A DNA stretch of 64,000 bases, from the NCBI GenBank assembly GCA_965195355.1, contig OZ239627.1, forward strand, positions 1,880-65,879, in the 5' to 3' direction. The notes below the pieces were generated by a model, which did no database searches, had not been told where the DNA came from, and saw only the letters and a program-made list of their open reading frames with translations. The translations under genes were made by a program, and so were the position numbers. Shown piece by piece: positions 28,768 to 38,978 of this stretch (the first letter of the stretch is position 1; the number at the start of each line of letters is the position of its first letter). The DNA is from Rickettsiales bacterium (GTDB lineage Bacteria > Pseudomonadota > Alphaproteobacteria > Rickettsiales > G965195355).

Positions 28768-29818
28768 GTGCCCTATTCATTAAATATGCATCAGCCAATA
28801 CACAAGCCAACATCGCTTCTCCAATTGGCACAGCCCGAATACCAACACATGGATCATGTCTACCTATGGTTTCGATGTTAGTTTTACACCCATAAATATC
28901 CACAGTCTCAAGTGGCTGCGCTATTGAGCTTGTTGGCTTGACAGAAAATCTTGAAATAATCTCATCTCCAGAGGAAAGACCACCCAAAATACCACCAGCA
29001 TTATTGGATTGGAATTCAATGTCTCCCTCTTTAGATGTCATTCTGTCAAGAAATTCACTTCCTCTCATTCTGGATGATTTCACTCCCGCTCCAATCTCAA
29101 CCGCCTTTACAGCATTGATACTCATCATTGCACACGCAATATTTGCATCTAAAGCTTGATATTTTGGCTCTCCAAATCCCACTGGAACATTGAAAGCACG
29201 AATTTCTATAGTTGCACCAATGGAATCTCGCTCAGATCTTATTTGCATGAGAGCATTCTCCCAAATACTCAGAGATTCTCTATCAGGGCACCAAAGCGAA
29301 TTAGTTCGTGCAAAATCAAAATCTATTTTAGTCGCAACATGTTCACCAATACTAAGAACAGCACCTTTAATCTCGATATCAGGGATTAATTTCCGCGCGA
29401 TAGCACCTGCAGCAACTCTCATTGCGGTCTCCCTTGCGCTTGCACGGCCACCACCTCTGTAGTCACGTATACCATATTTTATACGATACGTATAATCAGC
29501 ATGACCTGGACGGAATTTATCCTTAATTTTAGAATAATCTTTAGATCTCTGATCCTGATTGTGAACAATCATAGAGATTGGATGCCCAGTTGTCACTCCT
29601 TCCAAAACTCCAGAAAGTATGCACACTCTATCATCTTCTCTTCTTTGAGTAACAAATTTGGAGGTTCCTGGTTTGCGCTGATCCATATAAATCTGAATAT
29701 CCTCTTCAGATAACGATATTCCACTCGGTACACCATCTACAATACAACCTATCGCATCTCCATGACTTTCACCCCAAGTAGTAAATCGAAATAGTTTACC
29801 AAAAGAGTTATATGACAT
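28757..29818 (-). CDS. aroC: Chorismate synthase
   Basis: Contains FRFTTWGESHG, RPGHADY, GGGRASARET and GRHDPCV. Confidence 0.95.
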   Translation of the reverse strand: MSYNSFGKLFRFTTWGESHGDAIGCIVDGVPSGISLSEEDIQIYMDQRKPGTSKFVTQRREDDRVCILSGVLEGVTTGHPISMIVHNQDQRSKDYSKIKDKFRPGHADYTYRIKYGIRDYRGGGRASARETAMRVAAGAIARKLIPDIEIKGAVLSIGEHVATKIDFDFARTNSLWCPDRESLSIWENALMQIRSERDSIGATIEIRAFNVPVGFGEPKYQALDANIACAMMSINAVKAVEIGAGVKSSRMRGSEFLDRMTSKEGDIEFQSNNAGGILGGLSSGDEIISRFSVKPTSSIAQPLETVDIYGCKTNIETIGRHDPCVGIRAVPIGEAMLACVLADAYLMNRAHGN

Positions 29819-30570
29819 TATTGCTTCCTATTTTTCTTCCAGAAAGCCTTGTTGTACGCATACGCAGAAACAGCCAATAAAACTGATATAATCACGCTCT
29901 TAGATGTTACTCTCTTTCTCTCTGTTGCAGTTGGATCTGACGCCCATTGCAAGAAGTTCACAACATCATATGCCATATCATGTATAGCATTTGGCGCTCC
30001 ATTATCAAATTCCACCACACCATCTGACAATGGCTTGGGCATCGCAATCGCATGAGTAGGAAAATATGGATTATAGTGCAATCCATCTCTAATATTCACA
30101 CCCTCTGGGGGATTAGAATATCCAGTCAAAAGCGAATAAACATAATTCGCACCATTCTCTCTAGCCTTTATCATTAGAGAGAGATCAGGTGGTAATACAC
30201 CGTTGTTGGCTGCTTTTCCAGCCTCATCATTTGGATACGGAGAAGGCAAATAATCTGAAGGTCTACCAGGTCTTGTAAACATATCTCCGTCAGAATTAGG
30301 ACCATCTTTTATTGAATATCCACTTGCAATTGCTGCAACCTCTTGCTTTGAAAAGCCAATGTTCTCCAATTCGCGGAATGGAATTAATTTCAGAGAATGA
30401 CAAGCAGCGCATACTTCCTTATACACTTTGAATCCCTTAATAGCAGAATCCTTATCTATTCCACCAAACATGCGATCAAAAGCCCAATGCATTTTCCTAG
30501 GATCTAATACATCGCTGGATGCATGAGTAAAATTCATGAGTAGCAACAATAGAAGGCAATATCTCATCAT
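29818..30570 (-). CDS. petC: Cytochrome c1 (bc1 complex)
   Basis: Has a signal peptide, the haem motif CAACHS, PPDLS and a C-terminal TM anchor. It follows petB with a 4-nt overlap. Confidence 0.9.
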   Translation of the reverse strand: MMRYCLLLLLLMNFTHASSDVLDPRKMHWAFDRMFGGIDKDSAIKGFKVYKEVCAACHSLKLIPFRELENIGFSKQEVAAIASGYSIKDGPNSDGDMFTRPGRPSDYLPSPYPNDEAGKAANNGVLPPDLSLMIKARENGANYVYSLLTGYSNPPEGVNIRDGLHYNPYFPTHAIAMPKPLSDGVVEFDNGAPNAIHDMAYDVVNFLQWASDPTATERKRVTSKSVIISVLLAVSAYAYNKAFWKKNRKQ

Positions 30571-31760
30571 TTAGACCTCGCTAAATCTTCTGTAATTGAT
30601 TTAGGATTCATATCTTCTGTCTCCGTCTTACCAATAAAATGCACTGCAGGAAAAAATCCGAAATATATTGCTGTCGCCAATTGTCCCAGAGGTACAAATA
30701 TACCCTCAGGAGCTTGAGATCCAACATAACCCAATAATATCCCATTGCACAGAAATACCCAAAACAAATACCTAAAATATCTAGATCTATATTTACCACT
30801 TCTAACTGGAGATCTATCAATGATCGGAAGTCCAATTAATATCAAAATAGAGCCAAACATAGCAATTACCCCTAACAACTTATTCGGGATAGCGCGCAAA
30901 ATTGCATAGAATGGCAAGAAATACCACTCAGGAACAATATGAGGAGGTGTGACCATGGGGTTCGCAGGAATGTAATTATCCGCATGATTAAACATCTCAG
31001 GATTAATCCACATTACCAAGAATAATACTCCAAAAAACGGCACAGCAGTCACAAGATCCTTGCGTAAATACCAACTCAATGGAGCCTTTTCTTTGGGCGT
31101 TTTTGGATCTACCCCTGCAGGATTTCCAGCACCTACTGTATGCAATGACAAAACATGAATAAATGCAACTCCGATAATTAGAAATGGCAGTAGATAATGT
31201 AATGCAAAGAAACGATTCAGCGTAGGATTACCAACTGAATAACCACCCCATAACAACTTCACTATGTAATCACCTACAAGAGGAATAGCGGAAAATAAAT
31301 TCGTAATAACAGTTGCACCCCAGAAACTCATCTGCCCCCATGGGAGCACATAACCCATGAAGGCGGTCGCCATCATGAGTAGGAATATAACAACTCCCAC
31401 AATCCACATAAAATCACGTGGTGGTTTATAAGAACCATAATAAATTCCACGAAACATGTGCACATACACCACAATAAAGAACAATGAAGCACCATTCATA
31501 TGCATATATCTGAATAACCAACCATAATGCACATCTCTCATTATATGTTCCACACTGTTAAAAGCATGGAGCGCATTCGGAACATAATGCATTGCAAGAA
31601 ATATTCCTGTTACAATCTGCAAGATTAGACAAAGTCCAGCTAAAGAACCAAAATTCCACCAATAATTAAAATTTATAGGATTATCGTGAGATACGATCGC
31701 CTTCACAGCAGTGACTAAACGCGATCTTGAGTCAATCCAATCTAAAAAACCACGAAACAT
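30567..31760 (-). CDS. petB: Cytochrome b (bc1 complex)
   Basis: Contains WNFGSL, the haem-ligand His context (RY.H.NGAS.FF, F.LH...PF) and the [13 protein letters not shown] motif. Confidence 0.96.
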   Translation of the reverse strand: MFRGFLDWIDSRSRLVTAVKAIVSHDNPINFNYWWNFGSLAGLCLILQIVTGIFLAMHYVPNALHAFNSVEHIMRDVHYGWLFRYMHMNGASLFFIVVYVHMFRGIYYGSYKPPRDFMWIVGVVIFLLMMATAFMGYVLPWGQMSFWGATVITNLFSAIPLVGDYIVKLLWGGYSVGNPTLNRFFALHYLLPFLIIGVAFIHVLSLHTVGAGNPAGVDPKTPKEKAPLSWYLRKDLVTAVPFFGVLFLVMWINPEMFNHADNYIPANPMVTPPHIVPEWYFLPFYAILRAIPNKLLGVIAMFGSILILIGLPIIDRSPVRSGKYRSRYFRYLFWVFLCNGILLGYVGSQAPEGIFVPLGQLATAIYFGFFPAVHFIGKTETEDMNPKSITEDLARSK

Positions 31761-31761
31761 G

Positions 31762-32265
31762 CTAACCTATAATGATTTTTGTTTTATTCTCATTGAACTT
31801 ATAACTTGGTACTTCAAGATTCAAAGGTGCTGGACCCTTCGTAATTCTGCCAGATTTGTCATAATGAGAACCATGACATGGGCAGAAAAAACCATCCTCT
31901 ACAGCATGAGGTACACATCCGAGATGTGTACATACAGCCACTGCAACAAGCCATTTCGGATCAATTGCTCGTTTTGAATCTTGCTCTAGATACTTGATCT
32001 TCTGTAGCGCCTCTTTGGAATTCACTTCTTTGATATCTGCACTTGTTCTGTGAAAGATGAATACTGGCTTCCCTCTCCACTTTACCACCTTCACTTCACC
32101 TTCTTTTATGTGAGTCAAATCAACCTCAGTAGTTGAGAGTGCTTCTTCATCTTTTGATGGAGATAAATATCCAACTGCGGACTTCCCCGCATAACAAGCA
32201 CATACACCAGCCGCGCAAACACTAGCTGCTGAAATGAAATCTCGTCTACTAATATCTTCAGACAT
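31762..32265 (-). CDS. petA: Ubiquinol-cytochrome c reductase Rieske iron-sulfur subunit
   Basis: Has a Tat-like RRDF N-terminus and the 2Fe-2S boxes CTHLGC and CPCHGSHYD. Confidence 0.92.
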   Translation of the reverse strand: MSEDISRRDFISAASVCAAGVCACYAGKSAVGYLSPSKDEEALSTTEVDLTHIKEGEVKVVKWRGKPVFIFHRTSADIKEVNSKEALQKIKYLEQDSKRAIDPKWLVAVAVCTHLGCVPHAVEDGFFCPCHGSHYDKSGRITKGPAPLNLEVPSYKFNENKTKIIIG

Positions 32266-32399
32266 ATAGAACTCAAACGAATTTCAAGTCTACCAAACAA
32301 GATTTTTCAATGCAACGACCTGATCTCTCAAACGAACTCATAATTATTTAGCAATTGATCTATCTTAATTAATCAATTTTTATCTCATTAATAGTATAA

Positions 32400-33224
32400 A
32401 TGATTCTATTCTTATCTATTTTCATCATAATGTATTGCAATTTAGATACATGGATACTCACTTTACTTGAAATCATGATATCTGAGCTCGATGAGCGTGA
32501 ATTGATAAATCCAATACTTCAGATTTATATATACATGATAGAATATGATCGTGAAATCGCTCAACACATAGCTATCTTTCTAATGCATTTGATAATACAA
32601 ATTAAACAAGAACATATCACAAAAGAAAGAATACGCGCAATATCCAGAATATCCATCAGAAAGGTTATTGCATACAAAGCATCTAATGCGGTCATCACAA
32701 AACAAACATCAAGCATTCAATACACAAAAGCAGTGCACTCACATTCAGTGCATAGATGCATTGCATCTCACATCACTAGACACAATGCAACTCACATTCC
32801 CATACATACAACATCACGCATACCAAAATGTGATCATTCAATTCATAATCACACATTGACACCACAACTAAAAAAACTGCAATTTATCTCCATATCTGCG
32901 CATATATTATACCCATCGGTATGTCACTCAAAAAAAATGCACAGACAATATGTCAAATATATGAATATCGATAGTGCATTATTTAGATGCTCCAAATCAT
33001 GTAACTACACCTCCCTTTCATTGCGCTCAGCTCTGAACAAATGCACAAATCAATTTATCAATCTCGCCTCATCTATGTATATAATTGCAATAATACTCGA
33101 TATTGCGATTGCAATTGCATTAACTATTTCTTCCACACTTGAGGAAATAGCAATAGAAGAAATATATGAATTAAGTTCATGCAGTGCATATCAAGTCTTC
33201 ACAACGCTATGCCAAGTGTTTTGA
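32400..33224 (+). CDS. Questionable 274-aa ORF, glycine-free and His/Ser/Ile/Thr-rich (could be non-coding or decayed)
   Basis: An 825-nt stretch without stops in an AT-rich genome. The translation has no Gly and very few GNN codons, which is atypical for real proteins. Confidence 0.25.
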   Translation: MILFLSIFIIMYCNLDTWILTLLEIMISELDERELINPILQIYIYMIEYDREIAQHIAIFLMHLIIQIKQEHITKERIRAISRISIRKVIAYKASNAVITKQTSSIQYTKAVHSHSVHRCIASHITRHNATHIPIHTTSRIPKCDHSIHNHTLTPQLKKLQFISISAHILYPSVCHSKKMHRQYVKYMNIDSALFRCSKSCNYTSLSLRSALNKCTNQFINLASSMYIIAIILDIAIAIALTISSTLEEIAIEEIYELSSCSAYQVFTTLCQVF

Positions 33225-33282
33225 TTGTAAATCATATTGTTCTATGCATAATGCCCATTAATGATGCACAAAACAAATAGCA

Positions 33283-33735
33283 ATGAAAATATATACTGAT
33301 GGAGCTTGCTCCGGTAATCCCGGAGTTGGAGGATGGGCAGCGATAATCATCACACCTCAACAAGAAATACAAGAGATATCTGGATATGAAATATATACAA
33401 CAAACAATAGAATGGAATTGATTGCAGTGATTAGTGCATTAAAATACATAGATACTGTTATAGATATAGAAATCTTCACCGATAGTAAGTACGTCAAAAA
33501 TGGCATCACAGATTGGATTGACAATTGGAGTAAGAACAATTGGAAAACAGCAAGTAAGCAATCAGTTAAAAATCGTGATCTATGGGAAGAACTTCATTCC
33601 AGAACCAAGCTCACAAAGATCAAATGGTCTTGGATTAAGGGGCATGCTGGAGATAAGTACAATGAAATGGCGGACAAAGCCGCCACAAAACAAGTGCAAA
33701 CAGCAAAGCTAATCAAGCAACAGAATCAATCTTGA
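33283..33735 (+). CDS. rnhA: Ribonuclease HI
   Basis: Contains IYTDGAC.GNPG.GGW, TNNRMEL, the DS.Y motif (TDSKYV), W.KN.WK and KGH.G...NE.AD. Confidence 0.92.
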   Translation: MKIYTDGACSGNPGVGGWAAIIITPQQEIQEISGYEIYTTNNRMELIAVISALKYIDTVIDIEIFTDSKYVKNGITDWIDNWSKNNWKTASKQSVKNRDLWEELHSRTKLTKIKWSWIKGHAGDKYNEMADKAATKQVQTAKLIKQQNQS

Positions 33736-35312
33736 TCTGTAATCAAGCCAAGAGAGCTCCATATTCTTGATAATTTATCGATATGCTTATTATCTTTGTC
33801 ACTAAATTTAAGGAACGCTGTGACTAATTCAACAATTTCATTTGGAATTTCTGAATCCTGCGTGCCGTTGGATTGCAATTCATCAGCAATGTATCGTAAC
33901 ATTTCTATCTCAACAGATCTCATTTGATCTGTTGGAATATCAACAAGAATCTCATTATTCGCAAGATGCAACACCGCTACAATCTCATGTTCCTTCAATG
34001 GAGAATGTCGCTCTCCTTTGAGAAGCAGACTAATTCTCTCTCCTTTATCTAGGATTACCTTGGTCTCTGCATCTACATCAGATGCAAATTGCGAGAATGC
34101 CTTCATTTCTGAATATTGAGCCATTTGCAGCTTTATTGAGCCAGCCGCCTTCTTCATGAGCTTGGTTTGTGCTGCAGATCCAACACGAGATACAGATTTA
34201 TCAATTGCAACAGCAGGTTTAAACCCACGATTGAATAACTCAGTATCCATTCTTATCTGACCATCGGTAATAGATATCACATTTGTAGGTATGTATGCTG
34301 AAACATCACCTTCCTGCGTCTCAACAATTGGAAGAGCAGTCAATGAGCCAGATCCTGCATCATCAGACATTTGAGCAGCGCGCTCTAACAAGCGACTATG
34401 GATATAAAATACATCACCAGGATATGCTTCACGCCCAGGAGGTCTTCGCAATAACAACGACATCTCACGATACGATTCCGCATGTTTTGTCAGATCATCA
34501 TATATCACCAATGCATGCATACCATGATCGCGGAAGTATTCTCCAAGTGCGCAACCAGCGTATGGTGCCAAAAATCTCATCGAAGCAGCATCTGCGGCTG
34601 TCGCAGCCACTATGGTTGTATATTCCATTGCATCATGCTGCTCTAACACATTGATAATTCCAGATAATGATGATTTTTTCTGACCAATGCAAACGTATAC
34701 ACAATGCAGCTTCTCTGAATCTTGAGCATCGTCATTGTACACCTTCTGATTGAGTATAGTATCAATTGCGATGGTTGTTTTTCCTGTCTGTCTATCTCCT
34801 ATAATTAATTCACGCTGACCACGACCAATAGGAACGAATGCATCAATAGATTTGATACCTGTCCTCATGGGAGAAAATACGGATTTACGTCGCATCAATC
34901 CAGGCGCAGGACCTTCAAGTGACATAGTGTCATCACATTGAATCTCTCCTTTTCCATCCAATGGAACTCCCATAGGATCTATCACTCTTCCTAATAATTG
35001 CTTACCACAAGGAACATCTGGAGCTCGATTTAACCGTTCGATTTCATCACCAACTTTGCATAAATTTCCATCATTAGATAACAACACAACTTGAACTTCA
35101 TACTTGTCCAATTTCATTACCATTCCCAAAACTTCAGATCTTCCAGTTTTAATTAAAACAAGCTCACCAAAACATACACCATTTAATCCATTGACTCGCA
35201 ATACACCATCTTTGTTTTCCAAGACCACACCAATTTCCTTGATCTCAGGTGCAAAATCAGGGTCCACGAGAGCGCGCTCTATCATTTTTTTACTATCTAC
35301 ATCCTCAGACAT
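33726..35312 (-). CDS. atpA: ATP synthase F1 alpha subunit
   Basis: Contains Walker A GDRQTGKT, LIIYDDLTKHA, REAYPGDVFY.HSRLLER and ETQ.GDVSAYIPTNVISITDGQI. Confidence 0.97.
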   Translation of the reverse strand: MSEDVDSKKMIERALVDPDFAPEIKEIGVVLENKDGVLRVNGLNGVCFGELVLIKTGRSEVLGMVMKLDKYEVQVVLLSNDGNLCKVGDEIERLNRAPDVPCGKQLLGRVIDPMGVPLDGKGEIQCDDTMSLEGPAPGLMRRKSVFSPMRTGIKSIDAFVPIGRGQRELIIGDRQTGKTTIAIDTILNQKVYNDDAQDSEKLHCVYVCIGQKKSSLSGIINVLEQHDAMEYTTIVAATAADAASMRFLAPYAGCALGEYFRDHGMHALVIYDDLTKHAESYREMSLLLRRPPGREAYPGDVFYIHSRLLERAAQMSDDAGSGSLTALPIVETQEGDVSAYIPTNVISITDGQIRMDTELFNRGFKPAVAIDKSVSRVGSAAQTKLMKKAAGSIKLQMAQYSEMKAFSQFASDVDAETKVILDKGERISLLLKGERHSPLKEHEIVAVLHLANNEILVDIPTDQMRSVEIEMLRYIADELQSNGTQDSEIPNEIVELVTAFLKFSDKDNKHIDKLSRIWSSLGLITDQD

Positions 35313-35329
35313 TTTTTTACCTAATATCT

Positions 35330-35848
35330 TTAATCATTTATCCATTTGCGCAACATAGTACGCATTGAGCAATCTATAATTAGATTATTCATTCTCACAA
35401 CAAATCCAGAACTTATCTCTGGCGTAATCACAACATGATAATTTATGATTTTACATTCATATTTCTCCATCAGAGCAGCAACAATCTCATCTATGTATTT
35501 CTCATCCTGTTGCTTGGAGATAGATATCTGAGCTTCATATATCTTCAGCTCAATACTAACGATTTGCAAAAAAGAATATAAAATCAATAATATATATCTC
35601 TTCTTGTTGTTTCTGAAAACAACATCTAGGAAGCGCAAGAACGCCGCACTTTGTGACATTTGATTCTGAAGTCCATGTATAAAACAATTTGCAGCTTCAT
35701 CAGACATAATACACGAATTCACACGAATTCTTCTCATATCACTTATACATTGCATTAAATTATCCAGATACTTGTCATTTTTCATCGTATCAAACAAGAC
35801 AGATGCATAATTGTGCTCCATTCCCCACTGAATATAACATAAGATCAT
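35330..35848 (-). CDS. atpH: ATP synthase F1 delta (OSCP) subunit, divergent
   Basis: Sits directly upstream of atpA. The size fits, and both the YASVLFD-type N-terminus and the C-terminal GF.VR....IIDCS.R..L pattern fit OSCP. The start is more likely ATG 35821 (MEHNYASVLF). Confidence 0.7.
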   Translation of the reverse strand: MILCYIQWGMEHNYASVLFDTMKNDKYLDNLMQCISDMRRIRVNSCIMSDEAANCFIHGLQNQMSQSAAFLRFLDVVFRNNKKRYILLILYSFLQIVSIELKIYEAQISISKQQDEKYIDEIVAALMEKYECKIINYHVVITPEISSGFVVRMNNLIIDCSMRTMLRKWIND

Positions 35849-35979
35849 TGTACATCAGTACATATGAACCTTCAAGAACCATCAAATAATTCATATTGCT
35901 ATCTATAATATCATTTATTAAAGACCTTTTTCTTTTGTTTGTTTTCTTTATTTCTTAAATATCTTAATACCTATAAACT

Positions 35980-36010
35980 GTACCATCGCACATATCGTTA
36001 GCGATGGTAC
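35980..36010. other. Perfect 10-bp stem hairpin (GTACCATCGC-11 nt-GCGATGGTAC) in a divergent intergenic region
   Basis: Read directly: 35980-35989 is the reverse complement of 36001-36010. The GC-containing stem stands out in very AT-rich spacer. Confidence 0.8.
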
Positions 36011-36086
36011 CTTATATTAATATTAATTTCAAGTAGAAAAATTATTAAATAATCTTAAAAGCAACACAATTTTAGTATACAATGTA

Positions 36087-36095
36087 CCCCCCCCC
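36087..36095. repeat. Homopolymeric C9 tract upstream of the methyltransferase gene
   Basis: Read directly (tgtaCCCCCCCCCttgg). It lies about 110 nt upstream of the ORF start at 36206. Confidence 0.95.
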
Positions 36096-36205
36096 TTGGA
36101 TCATCAAGTATCCATTGCATTATACTCCTGATCTAGAATTTATCTCCTTTATCATTGTGACTTTCGTTATGTGTAGTATCATCCACGATGTCTCATCGGT
36201 GAGTT

Positions 36206-37231
36206 GTGTTCAATTATGTGCGTTCTGCATTTAGTATCATATATAGTACTATCTTATTGATACCAAAATCTATCAAGATATGTATATCTGAATTATCCTC
36301 GAATATACAATTTCTTGCAAAATATCTGCGTGATTTTAAAAAATATAGCAAACATTTTGCCTTGGTGGATTTCTATCGTGGCTGCTACAGGGGCACGATC
36401 TTGAGACTTAAAATACTACTTATCGTGTACAAGAAATTACCGGCAGCAAAATATAACTTAGCTAGATCCTATCATGCAATAGGAAGAATTGATGATGCGT
36501 TATCTATTATCAATGATCTCATGATCAATCATGAATCTCAGGAAGTAGAATTTCTGCACAAAAAAATCGTATCACCCGAATCAATACAGGCAATACCAAT
36601 ATCTCTTATTGCTGAGATGTATGATTATCAAGCAGAGCAACATGTGAATGAGATTATTATAAATGGACATTACACAGGACATCATTTATGCATAAGTAGC
36701 ATTTCTAAACATCAACCAAATGCCAAGAGAACTCTAGATCTAGGAGTGGGTACTGGTATATGTGGTCAATTTGCACGTATACATAAATTAAATACAGAAT
36801 TCATAGGGGTTGATGCATCTCATAATATGTTATTGATTGCAAAATCTTGCACTCATAAAGATGAGCCAATATATCAAGAATTATATCATGATAATAACGA
36901 TGAATTCATACAAAATACTGACAAGAAGTATGACGTTATATTGCTCATGGATTGCACACACTTATGTGATTCGCTACAAACAAAATTGCAGCGATCTCTG
37001 CAATTATTAAATCCTGGTGGCATCATATGCGTTTCAATTCGCAGCAATAATAGTACACAAAATGTCACATTCATTCCCTATCACGATGTGTTATTGTATT
37101 CAGATAAATATATAGAAGAAATGATCCACTCTCTCGATTGTATCGTTCTCGAACAAAGACGTGAGCAATTATACAATGATGTTTCATGTATTTATCTATG
37201 TCTAAAAAAAGAAGATGTTATACTTGCATGA
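36206..37231 (+). CDS. Class I SAM-dependent methyltransferase with TPR-like N-terminal region
   Basis: Contains SAM motif I (TLDLGVGTGICG), post-I GVDAS and a motif II-like DVILLMD. The N-terminal AKYNLARSYHAIGRIDDALSII is TPR-like. GTG start assumed. Confidence 0.7.
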   Translation: MFNYVRSAFSIIYSTILLIPKSIKICISELSSNIQFLAKYLRDFKKYSKHFALVDFYRGCYRGTILRLKILLIVYKKLPAAKYNLARSYHAIGRIDDALSIINDLMINHESQEVEFLHKKIVSPESIQAIPISLIAEMYDYQAEQHVNEIIINGHYTGHHLCISSISKHQPNAKRTLDLGVGTGICGQFARIHKLNTEFIGVDASHNMLLIAKSCTHKDEPIYQELYHDNNDEFIQNTDKKYDVILLMDCTHLCDSLQTKLQRSLQLLNPGGIICVSIRSNNSTQNVTFIPYHDVLLYSDKYIEEMIHSLDCIVLEQRREQLYNDVSCIYLCLKKEDVILA

Positions 37232-38648
37232 TATATTATACGACAAAAATATACCACAAGTAGAAATACGTGGCATCACTTCAGATTCCAGAAAAGTGGG
37301 AATCGGATATGTATTTTTTGCTCTTTCAGGCACTGCATATGATGGAAATCTATTTATTGGCGCAGCAATACAGAATGGTGCACACATCATTATTTCCGAA
37401 CAATTAGATTCTGAAATCATCTTCAAAAACAATGTCTGGTATATAAAATGCGCAAATGCACGCAAATCGTATGCAATCGCAGCATCAAGATTATACAAAG
37501 CACAACCAAATACGATCGTGGGAATAACAGGTACAGATGGCAAAACCTCAGTGGCGAGCTTCTATCAACAGATTTGCAATTTAATGGACATTCGCGCTGT
37601 CAGCATAGGCACCATCGGCATGCAAGGATCATTATATAAGCAATGCTCTCTCACAACACAAGACCCAATTGATCTTTTTCGCGATTTAAGTGATCTACAC
37701 CAGAACAATGTACAGAGTGTGGCACTTGAAGCGTCCAGTCATGGATTACATCAATATAGAATTGATGGTATGAAAATGAGAGCTGCAGCATTCACCAATC
37801 TCACACCTGAGCATTTGGATTATCATATCAACATGGATGAGTATTTTAATGCAAAATTACGCTTATTTTCTGAAATTGCGCAAGAATATGCAGTGATCAA
37901 TAAAGATTCTCAATATTATGCTCAGATACAGCAAGCATGCGAAATCAAAAATCTCAAGATCATAAGTTATGGATTCACTGCTTCAGATATCCAGATCATA
38001 AAACAAACACCATTTTCACAAGGACAGGAAATTGAGATGAATATATTCAATGAACAGCATTCATTTTCTACTGAGTTACTGGGAAAATTCCAAGCTTACA
38101 ATATCGCATGTGCACTTGGGTTGATAGTTGCATCTGGATTTGATGTGCATGATGCACTTGCAACATTAAACAAAATCTCATCACCAATTGGCAGAATGCA
38201 GGTGCTAAAGACATCACACAAGATTATCATAATAGATTTCGCTCATACGGAAAATGCATTAAAAAATGCAATTGCATCCATCAGATGGCATATGCCCGAT
38301 AAAAATCTTGTCACCGTATTTGGTTGCGGTGGAAATAGAGACAAGAGCAAGCGCAAAAATATGGGAATGGTATCACATCGGAATTCTGATTTCACAATCA
38401 TCACTGATGATAATCCGCGCACCGAGAATGCAAGTGCTATTAGAGCAGAGATCTTATCTCAATGTCCAAATGCACTCGAAATTCCAAACAGAAAAGACGC
38501 AATCTTGCATGCTATCAGGAGCGAATATGATGTCGTACTTGTCGCAGGAAAAGGACATGAAACACATCAAATCATTGGAACAGAAAAGCAAGAATTCAGT
38601 GACATTAAAATAGTAAAAAATATAATTTTTCCTGATATACAACATTAA
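37215..38648 (+). CDS. murE: UDP-N-acetylmuramoyl-L-alanyl-D-glutamate--2,6-diaminopimelate ligase
   Basis: Contains GITGTDGKTS, EASSHGL, the DAP-specificity motif DNPR (TDDNPRTE) and GKGHE. Confidence 0.93.
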   Translation: MLYLHDILYDKNIPQVEIRGITSDSRKVGIGYVFFALSGTAYDGNLFIGAAIQNGAHIIISEQLDSEIIFKNNVWYIKCANARKSYAIAASRLYKAQPNTIVGITGTDGKTSVASFYQQICNLMDIRAVSIGTIGMQGSLYKQCSLTTQDPIDLFRDLSDLHQNNVQSVALEASSHGLHQYRIDGMKMRAAAFTNLTPEHLDYHINMDEYFNAKLRLFSEIAQEYAVINKDSQYYAQIQQACEIKNLKIISYGFTASDIQIIKQTPFSQGQEIEMNIFNEQHSFSTELLGKFQAYNIACALGLIVASGFDVHDALATLNKISSPIGRMQVLKTSHKIIIIDFAHTENALKNAIASIRWHMPDKNLVTVFGCGGNRDKSKRKNMGMVSHRNSDFTIITDDNPRTENASAIRAEILSQCPNALEIPNRKDAILHAIRSEYDVVLVAGKGHETHQIIGTEKQEFSDIKIVKNIIFPDIQH

Positions 38649-38978
38649 TCAACATATTTGATGATGCATTGATCATATAACACAAATGTTAATTTTTAAA
38701 AGATAAAAGTAAAACATTCAATGAACTCATCAATGCAAAATCTCAAGATGCCGATGAATTAATATGTATATATGATGAATTCTATGACTGTATATAAATT
38801 ATTCTTGTATTCAGATCGACAAGCATGATGCACAAAGCATCATGGAATCTCTTGAGCACCTAATGCATGAGCTCTGAATGTATTCAGCAATGCGATACAA
38901 TAATAAGAAAAAGTAGATCACTGTCATAAAGAGTAAATGCAACAAAATCGTTGTATTAATTAATGTACAAATAAATAT

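Noticed and set aside
38824-38844. An 8-bp stem hairpin (CATGATGC-acaaa-GCATCATG) between convergent murE and ubiE, as a possible bidirectional terminator.
   Set aside because: No U/T run follows on either strand and the stem is short. This is insufficient for a terminator call.
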